IMG/VR virus record: IMGVR_UViG_3300038463_000730
Span: 1-64,000 of that record
Length of the DNA stretch: 64,000 nt
Direction: 5' to 3' (one strand)
The position numbers were made by a program, and so were the translations under genes. The notes beneath the pieces were generated by a model, which saw nothing but the letters and a program-made list of their open reading frames with translations, ran no database searches and was not told the DNA's origin. Below, in pieces: positions 18,356-26,643 of this stretch; the stretch's first letter is position 1; each line of letters opens with the position of its first letter.

Positions 18356-18455
18356 TGGTGCCCGCCCAGGGGATCGAACCCCGGCATACTCCCGACCTTG
18401 TACTTCGGTAAGGGTACTTCCCAACCTATCCTACTCTACCTTCACCTGGCCAGGC
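18356..18455 (-). ncRNA. tRNA-like RNA with encoded CCA
   Basis: GCCTGGC...CGGGG-TTCGATC-CCCTG-GGCGGGC-A-CCA; interior is not a cloverleaf. Confidence 0.6.
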
Positions 18456-18536
18456 TTAGTAGAGTCCTTTCAAATTGGGTTCTCGGTAACTTGCCAGTCA
18501 CCGCCTGTTACGGGCTAACTTGGTCAACCAGTCGCG

Positions 18537-18833
18537 TTAGCCAGTGTACATGATACTGGCATCCGACATTGCTTTCTCGTACGAGTACGCCTTCTCGGGC
18601 TTGTCGGAATACCCGTATCGAAGACGCCACGTATCGGTCACGACGTTGTATTGGTAGATCGTGTCGAAGAACCGCTCGAAGTTATCCGAGACCTCGATCA
18701 CGTCTCCTTCCTGCCGTATGTATAGAAGCTTCTCGACGAAACCCTCGTCGTCCGGGCTATCCCACTTCGTTCGTGCGTTCGACAAGATTGCCTCGACGAA
18801 CGACTTGACCTGGGGCGATGTCTGCCAGTTCAT
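18537..18833 (-). CDS. hypothetical protein
   Basis: 98 aa ORF. Confidence 0.65.
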   Translation of the reverse strand: MNWQTSPQVKSFVEAILSNARTKWDSPDDEGFVEKLLYIRQEGDVIEVSDNFERFFDTIYQYNVVTDTWRLRYGYSDKPEKAYSYEKAMSDASIMYTG

Positions 18834-20120
18834 TCATCCCTCCGAATGGTTCTGGTTCGACTTGTTCGAACCGTTGATCAGCTTGTCGATGTCTTCGGCC
18901 GAACCTACCAGGCCCTTGCCGAACACCGCCTCCTGCAACATGGAAGCAAGCGACTTACCCTTACCCGAACGAGCGCCGGTCTTGGTGCTCTTCGTGTAGA
19001 CCCCGCTAGCCTTCGCTTCCTCACGAAGGATGTCACGAATCTCGTAAACGATCGGATCCTGGATCGTGAGGCCGAGCGCGGTCATGTTGACCACGTACCG
19101 CTTCGCGTCTTCGTAGGCGAGGAGCTTCTCCGTCGTCACGGCCCCCGGAATGGTACGCCGAGTCCAATCACGCACGTCCACCTTGTCTGCCAGCGGAACG
19201 CCGAGGAGATCCATGAACACCCGTCGAGCCGCTTCGATCATCTGGTACGCATTGATCTGGCAACGACGATACTGAAGCATGTAGCGAGTCGTGCCAGCGT
19301 GGGAGCTGAGTAGCTCGGAGTGAGTCTCGACGATGACCCGAGCGTCGATCCCACCCTTCTCGCGAGTCTGGCAGATCATCTGCCTACGAGCCTTGCGGTA
19401 CTCAGTAAGCAATGCGTTCGTGTCATCGACCTTGGCCTTGGAGTTACGACGCTGGCCGAGAACCGTATCACGATCCCCCGTGTTTGCCACGGCGCCGATG
19501 TTGCCACCGATCATCCTTCGCACATCGACGAAGAACGCTTCGATTGCCTGTTTCTGTTGAACCGTTCCCATGTGGACCGGCTTGACGTTGATCGTTGCGC
19601 TCGGCGTATACGCTTCGGGAACAATACCCTTTGCGTAGTTCAGCTCAGGGCGCGGAGCGATTTCCTTCGCTTGCGCCGCTTCGGCAGCTTTCGCCGCACG
19701 CCGCTCTTTACGTGACTTCGGTTGTTCCTCTTCCTTCAGCTTCGCGTTGACCTCCTTGATCAACCCGATCGCCTTGCGGAAGTTGCGACGCTCTTCCTGG
19801 TTGATCTGGCGATCACCGGGTTGCGCCGGGATCAGCTTGATCCGAACATTCTCACCGATGCGAACCGGCTCCGGCGTGGCCCGACCAGAGATCGGTTTGG
19901 CAGACTTCAGCAAGTCATCCAAGTCCATCCGCACGACCACGGCCAACGCCGTGTAGGCCGCTCTGATCTGATCGTTCGACTTCCCGGTCAAGATGCCGTT
20001 GATATACGGCTGGGCCTTGGGAAGCTGAGCCAACTCGTCCGCGTGTTCCTCAACGAACTTCCTCGCGGGCATGAACGTCGCGGCCTTCTGCAATTCCCTC
20101 AACATATCCGGTTTGAGCAT
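18834..20120 (-). CDS. hypothetical protein (428 aa, basic)
   Basis: Long ORF, GGAG RBS, no recognised domain. Confidence 0.8.
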   Translation of the reverse strand: MLKPDMLRELQKAATFMPARKFVEEHADELAQLPKAQPYINGILTGKSNDQIRAAYTALAVVVRMDLDDLLKSAKPISGRATPEPVRIGENVRIKLIPAQPGDRQINQEERRNFRKAIGLIKEVNAKLKEEEQPKSRKERRAAKAAEAAQAKEIAPRPELNYAKGIVPEAYTPSATINVKPVHMGTVQQKQAIEAFFVDVRRMIGGNIGAVANTGDRDTVLGQRRNSKAKVDDTNALLTEYRKARRQMICQTREKGGIDARVIVETHSELLSSHAGTTRYMLQYRRCQINAYQMIEAARRVFMDLLGVPLADKVDVRDWTRRTIPGAVTTEKLLAYEDAKRYVVNMTALGLTIQDPIVYEIRDILREEAKASGVYTKSTKTGARSGKGKSLASMLQEAVFGKGLVGSAEDIDKLINGSNKSNQNHSEG

Positions 20121-20225
20121 GTGATTGTCTCCCGTTGTGATTGACTACCATCGGTCCCGATCAATGCGGGATGATAGTCGGTTTGATAAGGAGAGTAAGT
20201 GTAACTAAGCTATGTTGCACGTGAA

Positions 20226-20279
20226 ACATTGGGTAGGGACTTATTGACATTGCCATCTTTACCGAACCGACCCCAATGT
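20226..20279 (-). promoter_or_regulatory. structured RNA motif, copy 1 (GGTAA...GTCAATAAGTCCC inside a stem)
   Basis: Stem ACATTGGGGT/ACCCAATGT enclosing a core shared with 21127-21186. Confidence 0.5.
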
Positions 20280-20286
20280 CGAAGCA

Positions 20287-20301
20287 CAATGGAATGGAGC
20301 C
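20287..20301 (-). promoter_or_regulatory. 15-nt motif copy 1 (GGCTCCATTCCATTG on minus strand)
   Basis: Exact repeat, five copies. Confidence 0.7.
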
Positions 20302-20315
20302 GTTACGTTGACCCG

Positions 20316-20651
20316 TTACTCCGCGGCCTTGTCTCCTGTACCGGCCAGGTTCTCCCAATGAGGAGATATATCCTCCGGATCAGCGAACATGGAGAACGCG
20401 CCGCCGTATCCGTACTGCGCATTGAGCGCCTGGCTCACCTCCGTCATCGCGTGCTCTTTCGACACCGTGTCACGCACGCTGAATGGTAGGTAGTCGATCT
20501 GAACCATCTCGATCGATTCCCTAACCATCAGCCGATCGATGTCACGTCGGAGCTTGTTGACTCGCCGCTTCTCCGTTCTGCGCTGGAGCATTCCTCCGCC
20601 GCTAGGTAGTTGGATCATGGCGTGCTTGTGTGCTTGACGGAGCTTGATCAT
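20316..20651 (-). CDS. hypothetical protein
   Basis: 111 aa ORF. Confidence 0.65.
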   Translation of the reverse strand: MIKLRQAHKHAMIQLPSGGGMLQRRTEKRRVNKLRRDIDRLMVRESIEMVQIDYLPFSVRDTVSKEHAMTEVSQALNAQYGYGGAFSMFADPEDISPHWENLAGTGDKAAE

Positions 20652-20654
20652 CGC

Positions 20655-21092
20655 TCAGTGAACCTCCTCAGTCGTTTCGATCTTCGTCTCTTCCTTCTTG
20701 GGCCAGCCGAATGCCACCTCCTCGATGTGAAGCCGGAAGTCCTCGTCCCACGAATGGCGAACGAGCGGCTCGATGTCGCCGAGGATCTTGATCAATCGGG
20801 CCTCCTCCTCATCCCGGAGCACGTGCCAGGCATCCGTCGCCCGACGATACTGCTCGCGCACAACATTGTGCGCCTCCTCTTCCGGTGACTCGGGGCGAGG
20901 GTTGGACTTGTACCACTCCTCGATCATCGCGTTCAGTGCATCACGCTTGCCGATTTCTCGACCGAGCCGCACGTACTCATGATCGCGGAAGTTCTCCGCG
21001 TCACGCTCTTCCTCGAACGCACGAAGCGTCTTCTCGAAACGATCGCAGCAACGACAACCCGAAACGAACGTAACAACGTGAATCGTCTTCAT
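20655..21092 (-). CDS. hypothetical protein
   Basis: 145 aa ORF; GGAG RBS. Confidence 0.7.
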   Translation of the reverse strand: MKTIHVVTFVSGCRCCDRFEKTLRAFEEERDAENFRDHEYVRLGREIGKRDALNAMIEEWYKSNPRPESPEEEAHNVVREQYRRATDAWHVLRDEEEARLIKILGDIEPLVRHSWDEDFRLHIEEVAFGWPKKEETKIETTEEVH

Positions 21093-21126
21093 GGTTGCAC
21101 TCCTGCGGGTTAGAGTAACTCGATAT

Positions 21127-21186
21127 GATTCGCAGGCGGGGACTTATTGACTTGGCCCTCTTACCTATGTATCGACTCTGCGAATC
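21127..21186 (-). promoter_or_regulatory. structured RNA motif, copy 2
   Basis: Stem GATTCGCAG/CTGCGAATC enclosing GGTAA...GTCAATAAGTCCC. Confidence 0.5.
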
Positions 21187-21193
21187 CCATTAG

Positions 21194-21235
21194 AGCGCGC
21201 CGGGGGAATCGAACCCCCGTATACCATAGCGCGCT
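21194..21235 (-). ncRNA. 42-nt tRNA minihelix-like element
   Basis: AGCGCGC-TATGGTATA-CGGGGG-TTCGATT-CCCCCG-GCGCGCT-C. Confidence 0.6.
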
Positions 21236-21246
21236 TGGCCGTATTA

Positions 21247-21696
21247 CTACGCGGCCTTCGTGATCGCTTCGAGACTCTTCTTCGCGTTCGCCACGAACGA
21301 CTTACCCATCGGCGTCTCCAGCACCGATCCGTACACGGCGAGGTAATCCTCGGCGAGCTTGAGGTAGTACCCGCTGAGCGGCGCACCCTCGACCGCATCG
21401 ATCCAACGCACCGGACCCTTGCCGCCGCGCCCCTTGGACTTGAACCCCTCCTTGCCGGTGAGCTTGTCCAGCGCCGAGTTGATTCGCCACGAAGTCACGG
21501 CGAGGAAGGTCTTGGACTTCACCCCGTTCGCATCGGCCTTCTGCGGAACGAGGCCCGACGCCATCATTCCGGCGAGCGCGGTGAACAGGATCTCCGTCGT
21601 CGTGAATACACGCGGTCCCGGCTTCGGAGCCGCAACCTTGGCAGGCGTGGTGTTGGTCTTGATCGAAATCGCAGCGAGAACCTTGTTCGTGTGCAT
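21247..21696 (-). CDS. hypothetical basic protein
   Basis: 149 aa from MHTNKVL; GGAG RBS. Confidence 0.7.
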   Translation of the reverse strand: MHTNKVLAAISIKTNTTPAKVAAPKPGPRVFTTTEILFTALAGMMASGLVPQKADANGVKSKTFLAVTSWRINSALDKLTGKEGFKSKGRGGKGPVRWIDAVEGAPLSGYYLKLAEDYLAVYGSVLETPMGKSFVANAKKSLEAITKAA

Positions 21697-21750
21697 GACT
21701 TGTTTCTCTCCTGGTTTGAGTAACCGTAACTCGCAACTACCGGCCCTCCA

Positions 21751-21765
21751 CAATGGAATGGAGCC
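21751..21765 (-). promoter_or_regulatory. 15-nt motif copy 2
   Basis: Exact CAATGGAATGGAGCC on plus strand. Confidence 0.7.
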
Positions 21766-21847
21766 GCTTGTGACATTGGATCGCACGACTGGATTCGATC
21801 CGTAGGAACATAGTCGCGTTGACTACTTCCGTCGTGCGAAGACTTGC

Positions 21848-22648
21848 TCAGCCACGTGAGAACGTGACACGGGTTTCCGAGACCTTGACTCCGAATCCCA
21901 AGGTAGCCCTCGGATTGTGAGTCTGGTGTGTGATCGGTCCCTTCTTCTCGCGGCTCGTTTGACTTGCCGCCGCCGATGCTGCTTCGACGTAGGTGACATG
22001 GATCACCTTCGGATTACCGCTCGGATAGTTCTGGCAGACGCGGATCGTACCCTCGTCCGTCTCCACGGGTTCCTGCTCTTCGTAACGAACCCGCATACCC
22101 TGATGCTGGCCTCGTTCGGACTTCAGGACCCACCAACGGCAACCCGCACGGTGAGCCTCGAACGCCTTGTCATAGTTCGCCGTACGAGTCTCCTCGCCCG
22201 GAATCTCGACAATGAGCTGAAACGGCTTGAATGCGCCGGAGTGTTTCACGACACGCTTCGCCGTGAAACCGCCGATGAAGTACACACCCCACTTCTCCCA
22301 GAGATCCGTATCGACGTTCTCTTGGAAGATAGCGGACTTCTCGTTCCGCTTCGCCGCCTCATAGGCAACGGCCACGTCCGGGTCTCCGAGCCCGATATCA
22401 CGAGCGAGTTTCCCGCATGAGAACACGGCCTTGTTCCGCGTCTCCAGATCCGTCTCGCACAACGCATTGTGCAGTTTGAACGCCAGGGTCTCCCCTTCGC
22501 TCGCATCCTTCGGAACGCTCACGCGCCCTTCGGGCTTTGCCTTCGCCGGAGCCTTTGCAGGTTTCGGCGCTTCTTTCGCGACGGGCTTACCGATCACCTT
22601 GATCGGGGTGATCGTACCCGTTTCACGGTTTCGCTTGATCACTTGCAT
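21848..22648 (-). CDS. hypothetical protein
   Basis: 266 aa from MQVIKRN; GGAGG RBS. Confidence 0.75.
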   Translation of the reverse strand: MQVIKRNRETGTITPIKVIGKPVAKEAPKPAKAPAKAKPEGRVSVPKDASEGETLAFKLHNALCETDLETRNKAVFSCGKLARDIGLGDPDVAVAYEAAKRNEKSAIFQENVDTDLWEKWGVYFIGGFTAKRVVKHSGAFKPFQLIVEIPGEETRTANYDKAFEAHRAGCRWWVLKSERGQHQGMRVRYEEQEPVETDEGTIRVCQNYPSGNPKVIHVTYVEAASAAASQTSREKKGPITHQTHNPRATLGFGVKVSETRVTFSRG

Positions 22649-22673
22649 TCGCGTCACCTCCGTTGTTGTTTCG

Positions 22674-22688
22674 CAATGGAATGGAGCC
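22674..22688 (-). promoter_or_regulatory. 15-nt motif copy 3
   Basis: Exact repeat. Confidence 0.7.
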
Positions 22689-22689
22689 A

Positions 22690-23955
22690 ATTGCTTAAGT
22701 TGCGAGTTTCCTCACATTCAAACCCACGTATCTAACACGGAGTCGTCATCATCGAACGGTAACTCCCATACTACAGCAATCAAGCGTAGATATGTTGTGT
22801 AGCAGATTCGTAGGCTTGAATGCGAAGGCCAGGGTTCTCACCGTATGGTTTAGCCGATACAGGAAAACCCTGGCTTCGCAAGTTTATGCTTAGAGACCAA
22901 CCTACCAACTAACCCGCTCGGTTCACATACACTTTACCCCATATGACACTGATAGGCGTCCGGCATTGCTCGCCGATGACTCTCTCCTACCTATGGCCGT
23001 GTTGAGATTACCACTAGACCTAGACGCCTGGCATTATCCCGCCAATGGCTTTCTTCTCGGTTTCGTGATCCGATGCACACATTCAAGTGTGACACTGGTA
23101 TCTAGTAACACGATGCAACCCGTAACAGCGAATTAGTAACTCACGTATCACCCGGCACAACCCACTAGGCTTGCGTACCTACTTCCTTTCACACGGCGTT
23201 TTTACACGCCTCACCATGTATGTAGCCTTTCGGCATCACGGCGAGTTTTCATGTTACTCGCTTTCGGCCCCTACACACTTACCCGGTCAACGATTCCAAT
23301 TCACGCTCAACCTACACACCAGGCCAAGGCCAAGTTTTCAGCTAATCATGTTTCGGTTTCTCGCGGGTTAGCATGTAGCTTTGCGCGCCCCTAGCAGATT
23401 GCGAAGACAATACGCTTTCGGTACGGCGCTTCGCATACGAAGAGCTATCTCCTGTCCCTTAGCGATACGGCTTACAAGGCCATACGGTATACCCCAATGT
23501 CAAAGGCGCCCGGTACTAACTCACCGATAGCTTTCTCCTTTGACCTTTCGGTCACTCCGCACCCTCTAACACTGGACTAGTCGCGACCCCTTGGCATCGC
23601 AACCCTATCCCGTAGAGTGAGAGTCATGGTTACTGTCCCTTTCGGAACGCCAACTAGTTAGCTGGCCCGACCTACTCGTTTCGGATATACTATCTCGCCT
23701 ACTCTAGGGAGACAGTCTCTCCGTTTCTTATAGTCGTCCTACTTGCAACGGGTTCCCATTCCCGATGCGTTCAGCATTAGCCCACCTCTCCCGTCAAGGA
23801 GCGAGGTCATATGATGGGCGCCACGTTATGCCCTAGAGGCTAGACTTACTCCGAGGACCCCGTAGGGTAGGCATACCGCCCGGAGGGAACTAGCCACCCT
23901 ACCAGCGAGCGGCTGATAGGTGGGTCGTGGGAGTCGGATTCGGCTCCACCCACTG
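22690..23955 (-). ncRNA. candidate giant structured ncRNA (~1.3 kb)
   Basis: ORF-free; many minus-strand GAAA/GNRA hairpins (23225, 23541, 23410s) and long stem at 22822-22879. Confidence 0.65.
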
Positions 23956-23959
23956 CAAG

Positions 23960-23974
23960 CAATGGAATGGAGCC
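23960..23974 (-). promoter_or_regulatory. 15-nt motif copy 4
   Basis: Exact repeat. Confidence 0.7.
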
Positions 23975-24059
23975 TAGTCATCTCGCGGAACCGAATCGCG
24001 AGACCGCGGCAACCCCGCTTTTCAGCGGGGCGGCATCGCTGCGGCTCAAACCCGGACCA

Positions 24060-24074
24060 CAATGGAATGGAGCC
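24060..24074 (-). promoter_or_regulatory. 15-nt motif copy 5
   Basis: Exact repeat; preceded on minus strand by palindrome GAGCCTACCGATCGGTAGGCTC. Confidence 0.7.
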
Positions 24075-24124
24075 TACCGATCGGTAGGCTCTGATTCTTG
24101 TGAGAGTAGATCGCGCGCCCGCGT

Positions 24125-24351
24125 TGCACGTACCATGCCAGCCCAATTTGACGCGAGACAGCAATGAGACGACGCGCTGCGTTATGGCATGTTTCGAGCT
24201 ATATAATGCATAAAAGATACCTACAATGTCTTTACAATAACATTGTAATTGATCTGGTATGATCTAAGCTATATATTGCACGGAACATACCAATCATACT
24301 CCAGGCCTGGCACGGAACTTGCCTGCCACCCGCCGCTGGCACGAATCTTGC
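24125..24351. promoter_or_regulatory. cluster of sigma54 (-24/-12)-like sites, both strands
   Basis: TGGCACG-N4-TTGC exact at 24308 and 24337 (+); GG-N10-GC variants at 24185 and 24255 (+), 24125 and 24277 (-). Confidence 0.6.
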
Positions 24352-24368
24352 CTGGATAGAGCGACAAA

Positions 24369-24442
24369 CTGGTGAAAACTCTGGCAGATAACCTGGCAGA
24401 TAACCTGGTGAAACTCTGGCGGTAAAACTTGGCGAAACTGGG
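24369..24442. repeat. phased 10-12-nt CTGG repeats
   Basis: CTGGTGAAAACT, CTGGCAGATAAC x2, CTGGTGAAACT, CTGGCGGTAAAA, CTTGGCGAAA, CTGGG. Confidence 0.75.
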
Positions 24443-24693
24443 ATCAACCCAGCTACGACTCCGATATTCCCCGGCATTGCCCAGCGCTACTGAATCAAAA
24501 CCAGATTAAGCACATCGGTTATTTCAATTTCTTTTGGGAAACTAAAGATCTGGACATAATTCTTGGTCTGGAACGGATCTCTAACCTCGTTTCTAGCCAG
24601 AAGCCAAACCGTTTCCAGTACTTAGCCGATAAAAAAGAAATTTTACGTATCTAGCTGGCCGTTCCTGCTCCCGAATCAGCATACCTTTGAGGA

Positions 24694-24936
24694 TTGATGA
24701 GTAAAGCTCAGGACAGGAGAATACGGCAGAAAAGGCTGCGATCGAAGCAGCTGGAAGAAGCTTTGATTCGCGGTGAGATTCGTTTCTATTCCTTCATGAC
24801 TGCGCGAGTTCTCAATACTATCGTCGGAATCGTTATCGGCTTTTTAGTCGTGACATTTCTCATCCTTCTATTCGTAAAAGGAATCGAATTAGAGAAGCTT
24901 CTAGAGTATATCTTTGACATCGATCCGGATGATTGA
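24694..24936 (+). CDS. small membrane protein
   Basis: Basic N-terminus and one TM segment; GAGG RBS. Confidence 0.6.
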   Translation: MMSKAQDRRIRQKRLRSKQLEEALIRGEIRFYSFMTARVLNTIVGIVIGFLVVTFLILLFVKGIELEKLLEYIFDIDPDD

Positions 24937-24966
24937 AACGTAGTTCGAAACGTAGTTCGAAACGTA
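24935..24966. repeat. 12-nt tandem repeat (GAAACGTAGTTC)x2 plus partial
   Basis: Read directly. Confidence 0.8.
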
Positions 24967-25284
24967 TTAGTCTGGTCATTACATTTGTTATCATTTGATA
25001 TTTGGATTCCTTCCTATTCTTTGATCTCCGGGCTTTGTTTTTGGGACGCCAGGAGAGGCAGCCGGAATCTAATCCTGGCTCCAATCCAATCCTCGCGGCA
25101 GGAACGTGGCAAAGAATAATGGTTCGGATCGGCTCTTGATAGGCCAGAACTAGATATTTCAGTCGAGCCAGCTCAATCTCCCGTTTAATAGAGCAAAACC
25201 TGAATCATTCGGGTCGTTCCGGTAGTCGAGTTCCCGGGCCGGTACAACAGGAGGGGAACGTGGAATCACGGGAAAAGATCTGGA

Positions 25285-26202
25285 ATGAAGTCCCTCCTAA
25301 AAGGCATGCCACCCGGAATCGTCGGGAAACCTATATTTGAAAACGGTCAGACTCGTTACAGGACAGCCGGGCCGGAGGGACCGGGATATTGGACCCGCAC
25401 GGAACAAGGCTATATGATCTGGGAAGGTGACCCGGCAAAACCTCAAGGAGAACTAAACCGAGCTAGTTTAGAAGACGCTCATCAGGAATTGATCCGGATG
25501 AAGCAACTACTTGATGAAAATTCTCCGCTTCCTCCTCTCCCGCCCATTCCACCGCTTCCAGTCTTGGATATGGATCCGATCCGGCCCACTCCTTACTTTG
25601 CGGAAGTTCTCCAGGCCAATCAGAATCGACTTAAAGAAGACCAGACGAACATGGAAAGGTTGGCTCGGAGCTATGAAAATTCTAGGCCTGAAATGAAATT
25701 GGAAGAAAACCCAAAACGTTTTTGCGAAACATGTTCGCAAGAATTACCAGTCTTGTTTACCGGTTCGTATCGAGATAATGCCAACCTGAATGCCAATCTG
25801 AATATTCGCGCAGTTAAAGAGTTAAAATCCATGTACCTGAAAAGTCTAGCACGAACCATCGGATTAACATTCCAGAAACGGATCATGATTCTCGGGCCAA
25901 ACGTTTGGTATTTTTTGATTGGGTTGTGGTTGTTGCTTCGTTGGGTATTTGTTCTCACGGTAGGAATTTGGTGCGCTGGAGATCTGGCGAACCAATTCTA
26001 CTTCCATTGGAACGTATCAGTATGGCATGAGGGAAACCTATCCATGCCGTATCTAGCTTGGTTTAGAACTTGGCTTCTTGGTTTGCCGGTTGTTGTTTTG
26101 TTCTTTGCCGGTTGGGGAATTTTCGGAGCCATTCATCATTTCGGGATGATGCATGTAAAATATCGGCACATCCAACTTCCGCCCGGACCGCCTCCCGGAT
26201 GA
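25285..26202 (+). CDS. membrane protein, Pro-rich N-terminal half, CxxC, two to three TM segments
   Basis: 305 aa ORF. Confidence 0.7.
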   Translation: MKSLLKGMPPGIVGKPIFENGQTRYRTAGPEGPGYWTRTEQGYMIWEGDPAKPQGELNRASLEDAHQELIRMKQLLDENSPLPPLPPIPPLPVLDMDPIRPTPYFAEVLQANQNRLKEDQTNMERLARSYENSRPEMKLEENPKRFCETCSQELPVLFTGSYRDNANLNANLNIRAVKELKSMYLKSLARTIGLTFQKRIMILGPNVWYFLIGLWLLLRWVFVLTVGIWCAGDLANQFYFHWNVSVWHEGNLSMPYLAWFRTWLLGLPVVVLFFAGWGIFGAIHHFGMMHVKYRHIQLPPGPPPG

Positions 26203-26639
26203 AGCCGGAACTTGACGAATGGGAAATTCCCGAGTCCGAACAGGTTAGACAATTGTTATCATTCCTTCAGTTTACCTCCGGTAAAAGTGCTCCAGTAATT
26301 AAGAAAATCGAGCGAGCCTTTTATTTACTAGGACATCGTATTCGATTCAACGAAGAAACCGTTCAAGCTAGTGGATGGTTCGGGTTTGAATTCGTTTGCG
26401 ATCGTTGTCATGTTTGGTTTTTCGTGCCGAGTTCGACATTGGAAAGTGACACGTTTAAAGGCAATAAGGTTTACTCCATCTATGCTTTGAATCGTTCGAT
26501 TCTTTCCGACGATCGTTCATTCGGCCCGCGAGTCTTTCGGGTTACGGATAAAGAAGAGGTCCTGACTCGTATTCCTCATCACAACATTGATTTCTTGAAA
26601 CCAAATTGGGTCTGTCATAAGTATCAGGTTATGGTATGA
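26199..26639 (+). CDS. family A (H-CxxC-C) paralogue
   Basis: LLGH...CDRC...CHKYQVMV-stop. Confidence 0.8.
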   Translation: MKPELDEWEIPESEQVRQLLSFLQFTSGKSAPVIKKIERAFYLLGHRIRFNEETVQASGWFGFEFVCDRCHVWFFVPSSTLESDTFKGNKVYSIYALNRSILSDDRSFGPRVFRVTDKEEVLTRIPHHNIDFLKPNWVCHKYQVMV

Positions 26640-26643
26640 TGGT

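Noticed and set aside
20236-21151. IS200/IS605 IscB omega-RNA/HEARO end (GTCAA...CCC resemblance)
   Set aside because: No IscB/TnpB/TnpA gene adjacent, and the rest of the scaffold is not evident.
12697-21235. Canonical tRNA genes
   Set aside because: None of the four T-arm elements has a 5-bp stem with a 7-nt anticodon loop, so they are reported as tRNA-like only.
23465-23472. Group II intron domain V (AGCCGTAT on minus strand)
   Set aside because: The downstream DV hairpin and bulge, DVI and a GUGYG 5' end are not present, and no gene is interrupted.
24060-24070. Similarity of AATGGAATGG to the human (GGAAT)n satellite
   Set aside because: Only two units embedded in unique phage sequence; coincidental, not contamination.
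20287-24074. CRISPR array from the 15-nt repeats
   Set aside because: Spacing is irregular (100 nt to 1.5 kb) with genes in between, the repeat is too short, and there are no cas genes.
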